Shown here one piece after another: positions 38,057 to 49,336 of a stretch of DNA of 64,000 bases. Below the pieces are notes generated by a model. It saw nothing but the letters and a program-made list of their open reading frames with translations. It had not been told where the DNA came from and did no database searches. Origin of the DNA: Pseudomonadota bacterium (GTDB lineage Bacteria; Pseudomonadota; Gammaproteobacteria; Burkholderiales; Burkholderiaceae_C); assembly GCA_052034395.1 (NCBI GenBank), contig JBPOIP010000030.1, forward strand, positions 25,753 to 89,752. The letters run 5' to 3'. The translations under genes and the position numbers were made by a program. The number at the start of each line of letters is the position of its first letter. Position 1 is the stretch's first letter.

Positions 38057-38532
38057 CAGATGTAATGAACGGCAACGACTTCGTAAGACTTGATACCCCC
38101 TGGGGCCTGCACCTCGGCGGTGTCGCCTTCCTCCTTGCCAATCAGCGCGCGCGCGATGGGCGAACTGATGTTGATGCGACCAAATTTCAGGTCGGCCTCA
38201 TCCTCACCCACGATTTGGTACTTGACTCGCTCACCCGTCTCCTCTTCTTCGAGTTCAACCGTCGAACCAAACACCACCCTGCCACCGGCGTTCAATTCGG
38301 AAGGATCAATGATTTGAGCGGCGGACAATTTGCCTTCCACTTCCTGAATCCGTCCTTCAATAAAGCCCTGGCGATCTTTGGCAGACTCGTATTCCGCGTT
38401 CTCGCTCAAATCTCCCTGCGCACGCGCCTCGGAGATTGCGGCAATGACCGACGGGCGTTCCACAGTCTTGAGTTTGTGCAATTCGGCTTTGAGAATCTCA
38501 GCGCCGCGCTTGGTGATTGGAATGGTTGCCAT
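38056..38532 (-). CDS. greA: Transcription elongation factor GreA
   Basis: GDLSENAEY, SPIARALIGK; 158 aa. Confidence 0.97.
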   Translation of the reverse strand: MATIPITKRGAEILKAELHKLKTVERPSVIAAISEARAQGDLSENAEYESAKDRQGFIEGRIQEVEGKLSAAQIIDPSELNAGGRVVFGSTVELEEEETGERVKYQIVGEDEADLKFGRINISSPIARALIGKEEGDTAEVQAPGGIKSYEVVAVHYI

Positions 38533-38587
38533 ATGGATACAGTTGAAACAGTAGGAATGATGAGTGACTTTGTCGGAAACCAGCCCT

Positions 38588-38631
38588 GAAAATAACAAGG
38601 ACAGCGCCGCGTCTGCACGCCGCACTGTCCT
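38588..38631 (-). terminator. Terminator/attenuator in the greA leader
   Basis: AGGACAG...CTGTCCT stem followed by TGTTATTTT; extended -10 TGG-CATAAT at 38648-38656. Confidence 0.65.
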
Positions 38632-38673
38632 ATAACCTCAGCGCCGGATTATGCCAACAGTTGGTGACCTGGC

Positions 38674-41600
38674 CTATGCCTGCAATTGCGCATGCATTTC
38701 CTGAACGGATATCACATCCAGTTTGTCCAGGTACTTCATGCCCTCAACGGCCGCCTCAGCACCGGCAATGGTCGTGTAGGTCGTGATACGGGCCAGCAGC
38801 GCAGACGTGCGAATCTGACGCGAATCGGCAATGGCATTGCGCCGCTCTTCCACGGTGTTGATCACCATGGCTAGGGGTTCATTCTTGATCATGTCCACAA
38901 TGTGGGGGCGGCCTTCGGTCACTTTGTTGACCACGGAACAGGCCACGCCTGCGGCGTTGATGCTGGCAGCCGTGCCCTTGGTAGCCACCAGCGAAAAGCC
39001 CATGTCGGCCAGCTTGCGCGCCACCTCCACGACGCGGGGTTTGTCGCTTTGCTTGACCGAGATAAAGGCCTTGCCGGCGCGCGGCAGCTTGGCACCGGCG
39101 CCTAGCTGCGACTTGACAAAAGCTTCACCAAATGTTTTACCCACGCCCATGACCTCTCCGGTGGACTTCATCTCAGGGCCAAGAATGGTGTCCACGCCCG
39201 GGAACTTGACGAAGGGGAACACGGCCTCCTTGACACTGTAATACGGGGGCGTTACCTCTTTCCTGACACCCTGCGAAGCCAATGACTGGCCGACCATGCA
39301 GCGCGCGGCCACCTTGGCGAGCTGAATGCCGGTGGCCTTGGACACGAATGGCACGGTGCGCGATGCGCGTGGATTCACTTCCAGAACGAAGATCACATCC
39401 CGGCCATCACTGTTCTGGATCGCGAATTGAACGTTCATCAGCCCAACCACGTTCAATGCGGCGGCCATGGCTGCGGTCTGGCGCTTGATCTCGGTGACCG
39501 TGGCCTCGCGCAGGCTGTAGGGTGGCAGGGAACAGGCGGAGTCACCGCTGTGCACACCGGCCTGCTCGATATGTTCCATCACGCCACCGATAAAGGTCAC
39601 GCCAGTGGCATCACGGATGCAGTCCACATCGCACTCAATGGCATCGTTCAGGAAGCGGTCCAGCAGCACCGGGGAATCGTTGCTGACCTTGACGGCCTCA
39701 CGCATGTAGCGCTCCAGGTCGCGTTGTTCATGCACGATTTCCATGGCGCGGCCGCCCAGCACGTAGCTGGGACGCACCACCAGCGGGTAGCCCAGTGCAG
39801 CGGCCTTCTCCAGCGCTTCGGACTCGGTACGGGCCGTAGCATTGGGTGGCTGGCGCAACCCCAACTCGTGCAGCAGCTTCTGGAAACGCTCACGGTCTTC
39901 GGCCGCATCGATCATGTCGGGAGACGTACCGATGATGGGCACGCCATTGGCTTCCAAGTCCAGCGCCAGCTTCAAGGGCGTCTGGCCACCGTATTGCACG
40001 ATGACGCCAACCGGCTTTTCCTTGTCCACGATTTCCAGCACGTCTTCGAGCGTCAGTGGCTCGAAGTACAGGCGGTCGGAGGTGTCGTAGTCGGTGGACA
40101 CGGTTTCGGGATTGCAGTTGACCATGATGGTCTCGTACCCGTCTTCACGCATGGCCAGCGCGGCGTGCACGCAGCAGTAGTCGAATTCGATACCCTGCCC
40201 GATACGGTTCGGGCCACCACCCAGCACCATGATCTTCTTGTTGGTCGTGGGTGCAGCTTCGCACTCTGCGCCCTCGGACTCGTAGGTCGAGTACATGTAA
40301 GCGGTGTTGGTGCCAAATTCAGCCGCGCAGGTGTCCACACGCTTGTAGACCGGGCGCACACCCAAGGCGCGGCGCTTCTCGCGAATGGCCTTGTCGGTGG
40401 TCTTGAACTGGCGCGCCAGACGGCGGTCCGAGAAACCCTTTTGCTTCAGGCTGCGCAGCGTGGCCGCGTCGATTTTGTCAAAGGCCGTGCCGCTGGCAGG
40501 TTGTGGCAGGCGCTCAATCTCCAGCTCGATCTTGACGATCTGCTCAATCTGCACCAGAAACCAACGATCAATCTTGGTCAGCGCGAACACCTCATCCACG
40601 CTCATGCCCTGGGCGAAGGCATCACCCACGTACCAGATCCTCTCGGGGCCGGGCTCACCCAGTTCCTTTTCCAACACTTCGCGGTCTTGCGTCTTTTCAT
40701 TCAAACCGTCCACCCCTACTTCCAGGCCACGCAGGGCTTTCTGGAAGGATTCCTGGAAGGTGCGACCCATCGCCATGACCTCACCCACGGACTTCATCTG
40801 CGTGGTCAGGCGGCTGTCGGCAGCGGGGAATTTCTCGAACGCGAAACGCGGGATCTTGGTGACCACGTAGTCGATGCTGGGCTCGAACGATGCGGGCGTG
40901 GCGCCGCCGGTGATGTCGTTGCGCAGTTCATCCAGCGTAAAGCCCACGGCCAGTTTGGCAGCGATCTTGGCAATCGGGAAACCGGTGGCCTTGGATGCCA
41001 GCGCAGAGGAACGGCTGACGCGCGGATTCATCTCGATAACGATCATGCGGCCATCCACCGGGTTGATGGAGAACTGCACGTTCGATCCGCCGGTGTCCAC
41101 GCCAATTTCGCGCAATACCGCCAAGGACGCATTGCGCAGGATCTGGTATTCCTTGTCGGTCAGCGTCTGCGCTGGGGCCACGGTGATGGAGTCACCAGTG
41201 TGCACGCCCATGGGATCCAGATTTTCAATGGAGCAGACGATGATGCAGTTGTCCGCCTTGTCCCGCACGACTTCCATCTCGTACTCTTTCCAGCCCAACA
41301 ATGACTCTTCAATCAGCAACTCATTGGTCGGAGAGGCTTCCAGGCCGCGTTTGCAAATGACTTCAAACTCTTCGGGGTTGTAGGCAATACCGCCACCGGT
41401 TCCACCCAATGTGAAGCTGGGGCGAATAACGGTGGGAAACCCCACACTTTTTTGGACTTCCCATGCCTCGGCCATGCTGTGGGCGATGCCAGAGCGCGCT
41501 GAGCCCAGCCCGATTTTGGTCATGGCATCCTTGAATTTCAGGCGGTCTTCTGCCTTGTCGATGGCCTCCGGTGTGGCGCCAATCAGTTCTACCGGTTTCC

Positions 41601-41949
41601 CGGTAGCTGCACCCGTGTACTTGGCGAGAACGCCGTTGTGCCACAGGTCCAGTGCACAGTTCAGCGCAGTCTGGCCACCCATGGTGGGCAAAATCGCATC
41701 CGGACGCTCTTTGGCAATGATCTTCTCGACCGTTTGCCAGGTGATGGGTTCGATATACGTGACGTCGGCCGTGGCCGGATCGGTCATGATGGTCGCGGGG
41801 TTGCTATTGATCAAAATGACCTTGTAGCCCTCTTCACGCAGTGCCTTGCAAGCTTGCACGCCGGAGTAGTCGAACTCGCAGGCCTGGCCAATGATGATGG
41901 GGCCAGCGCCAATGATGAGGATGCTTTGGATATCGGTACGTTTTGGCAT
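38674..41949 (-). CDS. carB: Carbamoyl-phosphate synthase large subunit
   Basis: [17 protein letters not shown], two ATP-grasp domains, C-terminal MGS domain. Confidence 0.98.
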   Translation of the reverse strand: MPKRTDIQSILIIGAGPIIIGQACEFDYSGVQACKALREEGYKVILINSNPATIMTDPATADVTYIEPITWQTVEKIIAKERPDAILPTMGGQTALNCALDLWHNGVLAKYTGAATGKPVELIGATPEAIDKAEDRLKFKDAMTKIGLGSARSGIAHSMAEAWEVQKSVGFPTVIRPSFTLGGTGGGIAYNPEEFEVICKRGLEASPTNELLIEESLLGWKEYEMEVVRDKADNCIIVCSIENLDPMGVHTGDSITVAPAQTLTDKEYQILRNASLAVLREIGVDTGGSNVQFSINPVDGRMIVIEMNPRVSRSSALASKATGFPIAKIAAKLAVGFTLDELRNDITGGATPASFEPSIDYVVTKIPRFAFEKFPAADSRLTTQMKSVGEVMAMGRTFQESFQKALRGLEVGVDGLNEKTQDREVLEKELGEPGPERIWYVGDAFAQGMSVDEVFALTKIDRWFLVQIEQIVKIELEIERLPQPASGTAFDKIDAATLRSLKQKGFSDRRLARQFKTTDKAIREKRRALGVRPVYKRVDTCAAEFGTNTAYMYSTYESEGAECEAAPTTNKKIMVLGGGPNRIGQGIEFDYCCVHAALAMREDGYETIMVNCNPETVSTDYDTSDRLYFEPLTLEDVLEIVDKEKPVGVIVQYGGQTPLKLALDLEANGVPIIGTSPDMIDAAEDRERFQKLLHELGLRQPPNATARTESEALEKAAALGYPLVVRPSYVLGGRAMEIVHEQRDLERYMREAVKVSNDSPVLLDRFLNDAIECDVDCIRDATGVTFIGGVMEHIEQAGVHSGDSACSLPPYSLREATVTEIKRQTAAMAAALNVVGLMNVQFAIQNSDGRDVIFVLEVNPRASRTVPFVSKATGIQLAKVAARCMVGQSLASQGVRKEVTPPYYSVKEAVFPFVKFPGVDTILGPEMKSTGEVMGVGKTFGEAFVKSQLGAGAKLPRAGKAFISVKQSDKPRVVEVARKLADMGFSLVATKGTAASINAAGVACSVVNKVTEGRPHIVDMIKNEPLAMVINTVEERRNAIADSRQIRTSALLARITTYTTIAGAEAAVEGMKYLDKLDVISVQEMHAQLQA

Positions 41950-42020
41950 GTTGGAACTCGAAGCTTTGGGGCTATTTACTTTTTCTTCAATGAATTCAGG
42001 ATGACTTGATTCAGAGGCGC

Positions 42021-42680
42021 CTAGTTCAGGCTCGCGGTGGCCAGTTTGGCACCAAACCAGACAAACAATCCGCCCACCCCTCCAGACAGACTGCTGGTCA
42101 GACGCTTGCGCTGGGCAAAGCCATGCGCGAGCCGTGCACCCGCAAATATCAGACCGAACAAATACAGCGCGCTGAACAACATCAGGATGGAGCTTAGGAT
42201 GAGGAACGGAATGGCGGGCATGTCATAGCTGGGGTCGATGAACTGCACAAAGAACGACAGCAAGAACAAAATCGCCTTGGGGTTGAGCAAGCTGATAACC
42301 AGTGCCCGCTTGAAGGGATGAGCCAAATGCGCGGGCGTTTCTGGAGCGGTCTTTGACTGCGGTACTTCACGACTGCGCCATTTCTGGATCGCACCCCATA
42401 ACAGATTGAATCCGACCCAAGTCAGGTAGGCAGCCCCTGCGTACTTCACCACCATGAACAGCGCGGGGTAAGTTCGCAACAGACTGGCTGCGCCCAGAGC
42501 GGTCAGGGTCAGCAGCAGGGTGTCGCCGACAAACACGCCACAGGCGCCTTGGATGCCCGCCTTGACACCACGGGACGTCGCCACCGTCAGCACGAACACC
42601 GAGTTGGGGCCGGGCAACAAGATGATGCCAAACGCGCCAACCACATAGGTCCAGATATCGGTGACACCGTAAAAACTCAT
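42021..42680 (-). CDS. leuE: LysE/RhtB-family exporter (LeuE-like)
   Basis: [27 protein letters not shown]. Confidence 0.85.
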   Translation of the reverse strand: MSFYGVTDIWTYVVGAFGIILLPGPNSVFVLTVATSRGVKAGIQGACGVFVGDTLLLTLTALGAASLLRTYPALFMVVKYAGAAYLTWVGFNLLWGAIQKWRSREVPQSKTAPETPAHLAHPFKRALVISLLNPKAILFLLSFFVQFIDPSYDMPAIPFLILSSILMLFSALYLFGLIFAGARLAHGFAQRKRLTSSLSGGVGGLFVWFGAKLATASLN

Positions 42681-43855
42681 GCGCGCTGACCCTTGGTGTT
42701 TTCCATGGAGCCGATGAAACGATCGAACAGGTAGCCGATGTCATGCGGTCCCGGCGACGCTTCCGGGTGGCCCTGGAAACAAAACGCAGGCTTGTCCGTG
42801 CGCTCCAGTCCCTGCAGCGTGTTGTCGAACAGGCTGACGTGGGTTGCGCGCAGATTGGCGGGCAACGTACGCTCATCTACCGCAAAACCATGGTTCTGGC
42901 TGGTGATGGACACACGACCACTGTCAAGGTCTTTTACCGGATGATTGGCACCATGGTGACCAAACTTCATTTTGAAAGTCTTGGCCCCGCTTGCCAGCGC
43001 CATGATCTGGTGCCCCAGACAGATGCCGAAGGTTGGAATACCCGTTTCAATCAATTCCCGGGCGGCCGCAATAGCGTAGTCGCAAGGCTGCGGATCACCC
43101 GGGCCATTGCTCAGAAAGATGCCGTCCGGCTGGTATTTCAGCGCTTCCGCAGCCGGTGTTTGTGCAGGTACCACCGTAACTTTGCAGCCACGCTGGGCCA
43201 ACATGCGCAAAATATTTTTCTTGACGCCAAAGTCATAGGCAACGACGTGAAATCGCGGTGCCAATTGTTGGCCATAGCCTGTTCCCAAAGCCCACTCTGC
43301 CTCAGTCCACTGAGTGGTCTGCCCGGCTGAGACCACTTTGGCCAAATCTGAACCGGACATGGAAGGGGCGGCCTTGGCAGCAGCGATAGCCTTTTCCACC
43401 GCCGCAGGCGTCACAGCCTCGCCTGGCGCCAACGCCAATATGCAGCCATTCTGCGCGCCTTGGGTGCGCAACTGACGCGTCAACTGGCGTGTATCCACGT
43501 TGGCAATGGCTACGGTCCCGGCATGAACCAAATACGCACTCAGGGTGGCGGTGCTGCGAAAGTTGGAGGCTATCAAGGGCAGATCACGGATGATCAGACC
43601 TGCTGCATGAACCTTGTCGGATTCGACATCTTCCTGGTTGGTGCCATAGCTGCCAACATGGGGATAGGTGAGAGTGACGATCTGTTGGCAATAACTCGGA
43701 TCCGTCAGGATCTCCTGGTAGCCGGACATGGACGTGTTGAACACGACCTCGCCGACGGTGGAGCCGCTAGCTCCAATGGAATTGCCAATGTAGACCGTGC
43801 CGTCTGCGAGCGCCAAAATGGCGGGGGGGGTGGTTCCCTTGAGAGACAAAAGCAC
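42677..43855 (-). CDS. carA: Carbamoyl-phosphate synthase small subunit
   Basis: [34 protein letters not shown]; GTG start after GGAG. Confidence 0.97.
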   Translation of the reverse strand: MLLSLKGTTPPAILALADGTVYIGNSIGASGSTVGEVVFNTSMSGYQEILTDPSYCQQIVTLTYPHVGSYGTNQEDVESDKVHAAGLIIRDLPLIASNFRSTATLSAYLVHAGTVAIANVDTRQLTRQLRTQGAQNGCILALAPGEAVTPAAVEKAIAAAKAAPSMSGSDLAKVVSAGQTTQWTEAEWALGTGYGQQLAPRFHVVAYDFGVKKNILRMLAQRGCKVTVVPAQTPAAEALKYQPDGIFLSNGPGDPQPCDYAIAAARELIETGIPTFGICLGHQIMALASGAKTFKMKFGHHGANHPVKDLDSGRVSITSQNHGFAVDERTLPANLRATHVSLFDNTLQGLERTDKPAFCFQGHPEASPGPHDIGYLFDRFIGSMENTKGQRA

Positions 43856-43978
43856 TGGGTTCTCCGACTGTGTTACGGGTACGCCCAAGCGTGCTCAAGA
43901 ACGATTCTTGGCGGCTGTTGTTGGTTGGGAAAGGTGCTTGAAATGCGCTTGGGACGGCTGTTTTCTGGAAAGCCTCCC

Positions 43979-43984
43979 ATTATA
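43979..43984 (-). promoter_or_regulatory. -10 element of carA
   Basis: TATAAT about 125 nt upstream of the start. Confidence 0.5.
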
Positions 43985-44025
43985 GCGGCTGGTGGCGCTG
44001 CGCCGGACCGTTCGGATGCTTTTCC

Positions 44026-44796
44026 CTATCTGGCAACCAGACTACTGGCATGCAGGCAGATAGCAGCCGCTGCAGCCACATTGAGCGACTCCTCACCGCC
44101 AGGCTGCCCAATGCGGGCATAAACCTTTGCTTGAGCCATCAAGCTGGGGCTCACACCCTGCCCTTCATGGCCAAATGCCCAGACGCAGGGTTGCGGCAAA
44201 CGCAGGTCCTGGATCAGTTCTCCATGGTGTGAGCTGGTTACGACCACAGGCACCTGCAGTGCCTGCAATTCCTCTGGCTCAACGCCTTCGAGCAGGTGCA
44301 GTCCGAAATGAGCCCCCATGCCAGCGCGCAACACCTTGGGGGACCACAGGGCGGCGGTACCCTTGATCGCTACCACCTGCCGAAAACCGAATGCCCCGGC
44401 GCTGCGCAAGATGGAGCCCACATTGCCGGCGTCCTGCACACGGTCCAGAATGACAGTGGCGACTCCGGTTTGCAGCGCAGCGTCTGCCGGCAAGTCCAGC
44501 ACAAAACCCACTCCTGCAGGCGACTCCAGGCCACTCAGTTCAGCAAAAAGCCTCGCAGGAATCACTACACTTTTGATAGCTGCTTGCGCATATTCCACGG
44601 GGGCTAGCGGCCAATATTCTTCAGTAAATACGGCGACAGCAGGCCGTTTGCCTCGCTGCAGCGCGGCGCTGCACAGGTGGTCGCCCTCTATCCAGAATCG
44701 CCCGGCTTTGCGGTAGGCGGTATTGTCCTGGGCAATCCGGCGCAACTCCTTTAGCAAGGGGTTTTCGCGCGACGTGATGGTGACTGTTTCGGTCAC
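44026..44796 (-). CDS. TrmH/SpoU family RNA methyltransferase
   Basis: [37 protein letters not shown]. Confidence 0.92.
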   Translation of the reverse strand: MTETVTITSRENPLLKELRRIAQDNTAYRKAGRFWIEGDHLCSAALQRGKRPAVAVFTEEYWPLAPVEYAQAAIKSVVIPARLFAELSGLESPAGVGFVLDLPADAALQTGVATVILDRVQDAGNVGSILRSAGAFGFRQVVAIKGTAALWSPKVLRAGMGAHFGLHLLEGVEPEELQALQVPVVVTSSHHGELIQDLRLPQPCVWAFGHEGQGVSPSLMAQAKVYARIGQPGGEESLNVAAAAAICLHASSLVAR

Positions 44797-45410
44797 GCCA
44801 GCACCTTGGCCACCGGGCTGAAGGATTTGCGGTGCTGCGGGCAAGCGCCATGGGCCTGCAGTGCCTGCAGGTGCTCGGCAGTGCCATAGCCCTTATGACC
44901 AGCAAATCCGTACTGCGGATACTGCAGATCCAGTTCGGCACACCAATGGTCACGGGTGACCTTGGCCAAAATGGAGGCAGCAGAAATGGCCGCAATTTTG
45001 CTGTCGCCCTTGACGACGGCCTCGGCTCGCACACTTAAGGTCGGAAGCCGGTTGCCGTCCACCAGCACCAAGGCCGGCTTGAGTCGCAGGCCCTCAACCG
45101 CACGGCGCATCGCCAGCATAGTGGCTTGCAGGATGTTGAGCATATCGATTTCATCGACACTGGCTTGGGCAACGGAGCAGCACAGAGCTCTCGCCCGAAT
45201 TTCATCAAATAACTGCTCCCGCCGTCGTGCCGTCAGCACTTTGGAGTCGGCGAGGCCCAGGATTGGGTTGCGGTCATCCAGAATCACTGCGGCCGCAACC
45301 ACAGGCCCAGCCAACGGACCGCGCCCGGCTTCGTCCACACCAGCAACCAGGCCAGGCGTATCCCAAGAAAGTGCTACCTGTTCAGCGCGCAAGAACTTGT
45401 TCGATTGCAT
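44793..45410 (-). CDS. rnhB: Ribonuclease HII
   Basis: [34 protein letters not shown]. Confidence 0.97.
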   Translation of the reverse strand: MQSNKFLRAEQVALSWDTPGLVAGVDEAGRGPLAGPVVAAAVILDDRNPILGLADSKVLTARRREQLFDEIRARALCCSVAQASVDEIDMLNILQATMLAMRRAVEGLRLKPALVLVDGNRLPTLSVRAEAVVKGDSKIAAISAASILAKVTRDHWCAELDLQYPQYGFAGHKGYGTAEHLQALQAHGACPQHRKSFSPVAKVLA

Positions 45411-46569
45411 GGGTTGCCAATGCCGTGGTGTCGCGCCGAAGACTTTTGTGCAGAGTCATGAACTGGCTTTGCAATGTCGCAATTTTTTCCGGCCGAAGGT
45501 CCATGTCCGAAAACCACTGCAAGACCGCCTGCGCCATTGCCTTCGGGGTTGCGCGATCCTGCAACAGTTCAGGAACGACAAACGCACGGCACAAAATATT
45601 GGGTAAACCCACCCAAGGCTGCAATTGCCTGCGGCGCATGATTTGCCAGGACAGCCACCCCATTCGGTAGGCGATCACCATTGGGCGCTTGTACAAGGCG
45701 GCTTCAAGCGTTGCCGTACCACTTGCAATCAGAGTGACGTCGCACGCCGCCAGAACGGTATGTGACTGGCCAACGACGATTTGAACGTACTCCCGCATGC
45801 CTGCCTGCGCCGCGGCGCTCTCAATGGCTGCACGCAATGCCGGCACGGCGGGTAAAACCAGTTTCACGTCAGGCATTGCCTGACGTATGCGCTTTGCGGT
45901 CTGGAAAAAAGAAACTGCAAGATGCTTGATCTCCGATGCCCGACTGCCGGGCAAGAGCGCAAGGACCCGGTCTTGTGGTTGCAAGCCAAGTACTGCGCGG
46001 GCAGCATCCCTGTCGGGTTCGAGCGGGATTAGGTTGGCCAGCGGGTGACCAACGTAGGTGGCGCTGATTCCGTGCGCAGCAAGCAGTTCCGGCTCAAATG
46101 GAAAGATGCACAGAACATGGTCCGCACTTGCCCGAATTTTCTCCACACGATTGGCTCTCCAGGCCCAAATGGAAGGACATACGAAATGAATGGTCCGGAT
46201 GCCCTGCGCGCGAAGACTGCACTCCAGGTCCAGGTTAAAGTCTGGCGCATCCACTCCAATGAACACATCGGGACGCTGTTCGAGCAATCGCGCCCTTAAC
46301 TGCCTCCGGATACCCACTATTTCACGGTATCGGCTGAGCACATCCCAACCATATCCATGGACGGCAAGTTTTTCGCAAGGCCACCAGGCAGAAAACCCAC
46401 GCTGCGCCATTTGCGGGCCACCAATGCCAGCCGAAACAAGATGCGGCCAACGCAAGCCAATGCCTTGGAGCACCAAACCCGCCAACAAATCCCCTGAAGT
46501 TTCACCAGCGACCATGGCAACAAACGGTTGATCATGGCCATTCGCGCCTTTGGATACCGCCATTGACAT
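45382..46569 (-). CDS. lpxB: Lipid-A-disaccharide synthase
   Basis: [36 protein letters not shown]. Confidence 0.96.
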   Translation of the reverse strand: MSMAVSKGANGHDQPFVAMVAGETSGDLLAGLVLQGIGLRWPHLVSAGIGGPQMAQRGFSAWWPCEKLAVHGYGWDVLSRYREIVGIRRQLRARLLEQRPDVFIGVDAPDFNLDLECSLRAQGIRTIHFVCPSIWAWRANRVEKIRASADHVLCIFPFEPELLAAHGISATYVGHPLANLIPLEPDRDAARAVLGLQPQDRVLALLPGSRASEIKHLAVSFFQTAKRIRQAMPDVKLVLPAVPALRAAIESAAAQAGMREYVQIVVGQSHTVLAACDVTLIASGTATLEAALYKRPMVIAYRMGWLSWQIMRRRQLQPWVGLPNILCRAFVVPELLQDRATPKAMAQAVLQWFSDMDLRPEKIATLQSQFMTLHKSLRRDTTALATHAIEQVLAR

Positions 46570-46577
46570 GCCAGTCT

Positions 46578-47372
46578 TCAGCGCACAATACCGCGCTGGG
46601 AAGACGTCTTGTTCAGAAACGCCATCATCATTGCAACGTCTGGCGAAGCCTGCGGGTGTTCTACTTCCAACTGGGCAATGCGGACCTTGGCTTGCTCCAG
46701 CGTGAGATCATCTCTGTAAAGTGCCTTGTGGATAGCCTTGACTCCGCCAATGCGCTCAGGTGTCCAGCCTCTGCGACGCAGACCCTCAAAGTTCATGGAA
46801 CGAGCCACCGCCGGTTGCCCCTGACACATGACAAACGGCGGCAAATCGGCGAACAACAAGGAGCACATCGCGGTCATGCTGTGTGCGCCCAGTCGCACAA
46901 ACTGGTGAACCACTGTAAACCCGCCCAGAATTACCCAGTCGTCAACCTGAACGTGCCCTGCCAATTGCGAATTGTTGGCAAAAATCGTATGGTTCCCCAC
47001 GCTGCAGTCGTGCGCCAAGTGCACATAGGCCATCAGCCAGTTGTCGTTACCGACGCGGGTTACACCGGCATCACCTGGCGAACCAATATTCAAGGTACAA
47101 AACTCTCGTATCGTGTTGCGGTCACCGATATGCAATTCACAAGGCTCGCCAGCATATTTCTTGTCCTGCGGGATAGCACCCAACGAGTTGAACTGAAAAA
47201 TGCGGTTATCTTGTCCAATCGTAGTCCGGCCTTCAATTACACAGTGCGGACCGACCGTTGTACCCGACGCGATGCGCACGTGTGGCCCAATGACGGTATA
47301 CGGACCTACTGATACGGAATCGTCCAGTTCAGCCGCCGGATCGACGATGGCGCTTGGATGAATATGGGTCAC
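46578..47372 (-). CDS. lpxA: UDP-GlcNAc acyltransferase
   Basis: Hexapeptide repeats, PQDKKY, HLAHDC. Confidence 0.97.
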   Translation of the reverse strand: MTHIHPSAIVDPAAELDDSVSVGPYTVIGPHVRIASGTTVGPHCVIEGRTTIGQDNRIFQFNSLGAIPQDKKYAGEPCELHIGDRNTIREFCTLNIGSPGDAGVTRVGNDNWLMAYVHLAHDCSVGNHTIFANNSQLAGHVQVDDWVILGGFTVVHQFVRLGAHSMTAMCSLLFADLPPFVMCQGQPAVARSMNFEGLRRRGWTPERIGGVKAIHKALYRDDLTLEQAKVRIAQLEVEHPQASPDVAMMMAFLNKTSSQRGIVR

Positions 47373-47390
47373 TGCATACCGCCTTACTGT

Positions 47391-47831
47391 TCAGGCAATC
47401 GTGCGCATGGTACACATCAACTCGGCTTCGCAAACCACGTTGCCCTGAACACGGGTAACTCCCTTGAATTTGAAGATACCTGATTTGAGGCGCAATAGCT
47501 CGACATCCATGATCAATTGATCGCCTGGTTCGACTGGGCGCTTAAAGCGCGCTCCATCGATCCCCGCAAAGTAATACACCGTTTTGTCATCCGGGGTAAC
47601 ACCGATGGTGTCAAAAGCCAGCAAGGCTGCTGCCTGTGCCATGGCCTCCAGCATCAAAACACCAGGCATGACAGGACGGTGTGGAAAATGTCCATTGAAA
47701 AATGGTTCATTGATCGTCACGTTCTTCAAAGCCTGGATGCGCTGACCTTTCTCGCAAGACAAAACACGGTCTACCAGGAGAAAAGGATATCGGTGAGGCA
47801 GTTGCCGCAGTATTTCGTGAATATCCATCAT
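47391..47831 (-). CDS. fabZ: 3-hydroxyacyl-ACP dehydratase
   Basis: [22 protein letters not shown]. Confidence 0.97.
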   Translation of the reverse strand: MMDIHEILRQLPHRYPFLLVDRVLSCEKGQRIQALKNVTINEPFFNGHFPHRPVMPGVLMLEAMAQAAALLAFDTIGVTPDDKTVYYFAGIDGARFKRPVEPGDQLIMDVELLRLKSGIFKFKGVTRVQGNVVCEAELMCTMRTIA

Positions 47832-48802
47832 TTTTTTGCCTCTTTTTCCAATGTCTTTATGCGGTCACGCAAACTGTGCAGTTGCCTTAGGGAAGCGGCG
47901 TTTCGCTCCCAAGCAGCGTTTTCGTCAATCGGGAATATGCCAGTGTAATGTCCGGGCTTGGCAATGGATTTGCTGACCAGTGTTCCGGCCGAAATATTCA
48001 CGTTTGGGCCAAGCGTTAAATGCCCCAGAATGACTGCGCCGCCCCCAACTGTGCAATTCGCACCGATGGTCGTACTGCCCGCGATACCGGCACAACCAGC
48101 CATGGCAGTGTTGCGACCGACGCGCACATTGTGTCCAATCTGTATCAGGTTATCTAACTTGACCCCATCTTCAATGACTGTGTCCTGCATCGCACCACGG
48201 TCGATGCAGGTATTGGCGCCGATTTCGACATCATTGCCAATTTGCACTGCACCCAACTGCTCAATCTTTTCCCAGCTCTCCCCGTTGGGTGCAAAACCAA
48301 AACCATCAGCACCGATCACTACGCCGGAATGGACAATGCAGCGCTCACCAACCGTGCAATTCTCACCAATGGTTACCCGTGACTTCAGCACCGAAGCCGC
48401 ACCGATACGTGCGCCCCTTTCGACCACACAAAGTGGGCCAATGGTTGCCGTCGGATGTACCACGGCTTTCGCGTCCACTACAGCACTTGCATGGATGCCA
48501 CTAGAACTGTTCGAGTCAAGCCCTCGCTTCCACAATTGGGTCAAGCGGGCAAAATACAAATACGGCTGATCGGTCACGATGCACGACCCTCGCGCAACCG
48601 CGACATCCTTCATGTCAGGAGAAACGATGACACATGCAGCCTGCGAGGCTGCCAACTGCTTCTGGTATCTGGGATTGCTCAAAAAGCTCATATGGCATGG
48701 TGTCGCAAGCTCCAGCGGAGCCAACCCGGTTACAAAAATAGACGGGTCACCATGCAATTTGCCCCCTAATGAGGCGACCACCGACGCCAGGTCAAGCCTC
48801 AT
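47828..48802 (-). CDS. lpxD: UDP-3-O-acyl-glucosamine N-acyltransferase
   Basis: [29 protein letters not shown]. Confidence 0.96.
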   Translation of the reverse strand: MRLDLASVVASLGGKLHGDPSIFVTGLAPLELATPCHMSFLSNPRYQKQLAASQAACVIVSPDMKDVAVARGSCIVTDQPYLYFARLTQLWKRGLDSNSSSGIHASAVVDAKAVVHPTATIGPLCVVERGARIGAASVLKSRVTIGENCTVGERCIVHSGVVIGADGFGFAPNGESWEKIEQLGAVQIGNDVEIGANTCIDRGAMQDTVIEDGVKLDNLIQIGHNVRVGRNTAMAGCAGIAGSTTIGANCTVGGGAVILGHLTLGPNVNISAGTLVSKSIAKPGHYTGIFPIDENAAWERNAASLRQLHSLRDRIKTLEKEAKK

Positions 48803-48826
48803 GATCCCAACCCTCGCATGCAAAGA

Positions 48827-49336
48827 TTACTTTGACACTGCGTTGAGAATCTTCAAGACCTTGTCTGTGATGTCATGCTTGCTATTGACATACACCACCT
48901 CTTGCACCACGACGTCGTACTTTTCGGAGTCAGCAACCTGCCTGACCGCCTTGGTCGCCCGATCCAGGACCTGCTGCAACTCTTCATTGCGACGACCATT
49001 CAGATCTTCCTGAAACTCCCGCTGGCGCCGCTGAAGGTCGCGGGCCATCTCGGCCCCTTCCTTTTGTCGCGCACTACGCTGGGTTTCGCTCAGCGTCGGA
49101 GCGTCTCTATCAAAACGCTCGCCAAATGACTTCAGTGAGGCCTGCAAATCGGTAAGCTCTTTTTGACGTTTGGAGAACTCTTGCTCGAGTTTGATCTGTG
49201 CCGTTTTGGCAGGCGATGACTCTGTGGTGATACGTTGCGTGTTGACGTATCCAACTTTGAAATCCTGGGCCAATGCGCCAAAGGCACATCCAGCCATGGT
49301 GAGAGATAACAGCCAGCGAAATTTTGAGGTTTTCAT
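48827..49336 (-). CDS. skp: Periplasmic chaperone Skp/OmpH
   Basis: Signal peptide, KVGYVN, coiled coil, DITDKVLK. Confidence 0.92.
   Translation of the reverse strand: MKTSKFRWLLSLTMAGCAFGALAQDFKVGYVNTQRITTESSPAKTAQIKLEQEFSKRQKELTDLQASLKSFGERFDRDAPTLSETQRSARQKEGAEMARDLQRRQREFQEDLNGRRNEELQQVLDRATKAVRQVADSEKYDVVVQEVVYVNSKHDITDKVLKILNAVSK

Noticed and set aside
39427-41304. 625-aa + strand ORF antisense to carB
   Set aside because: Shadow ORF from GC-rich third positions of a highly biased gene; no motifs.
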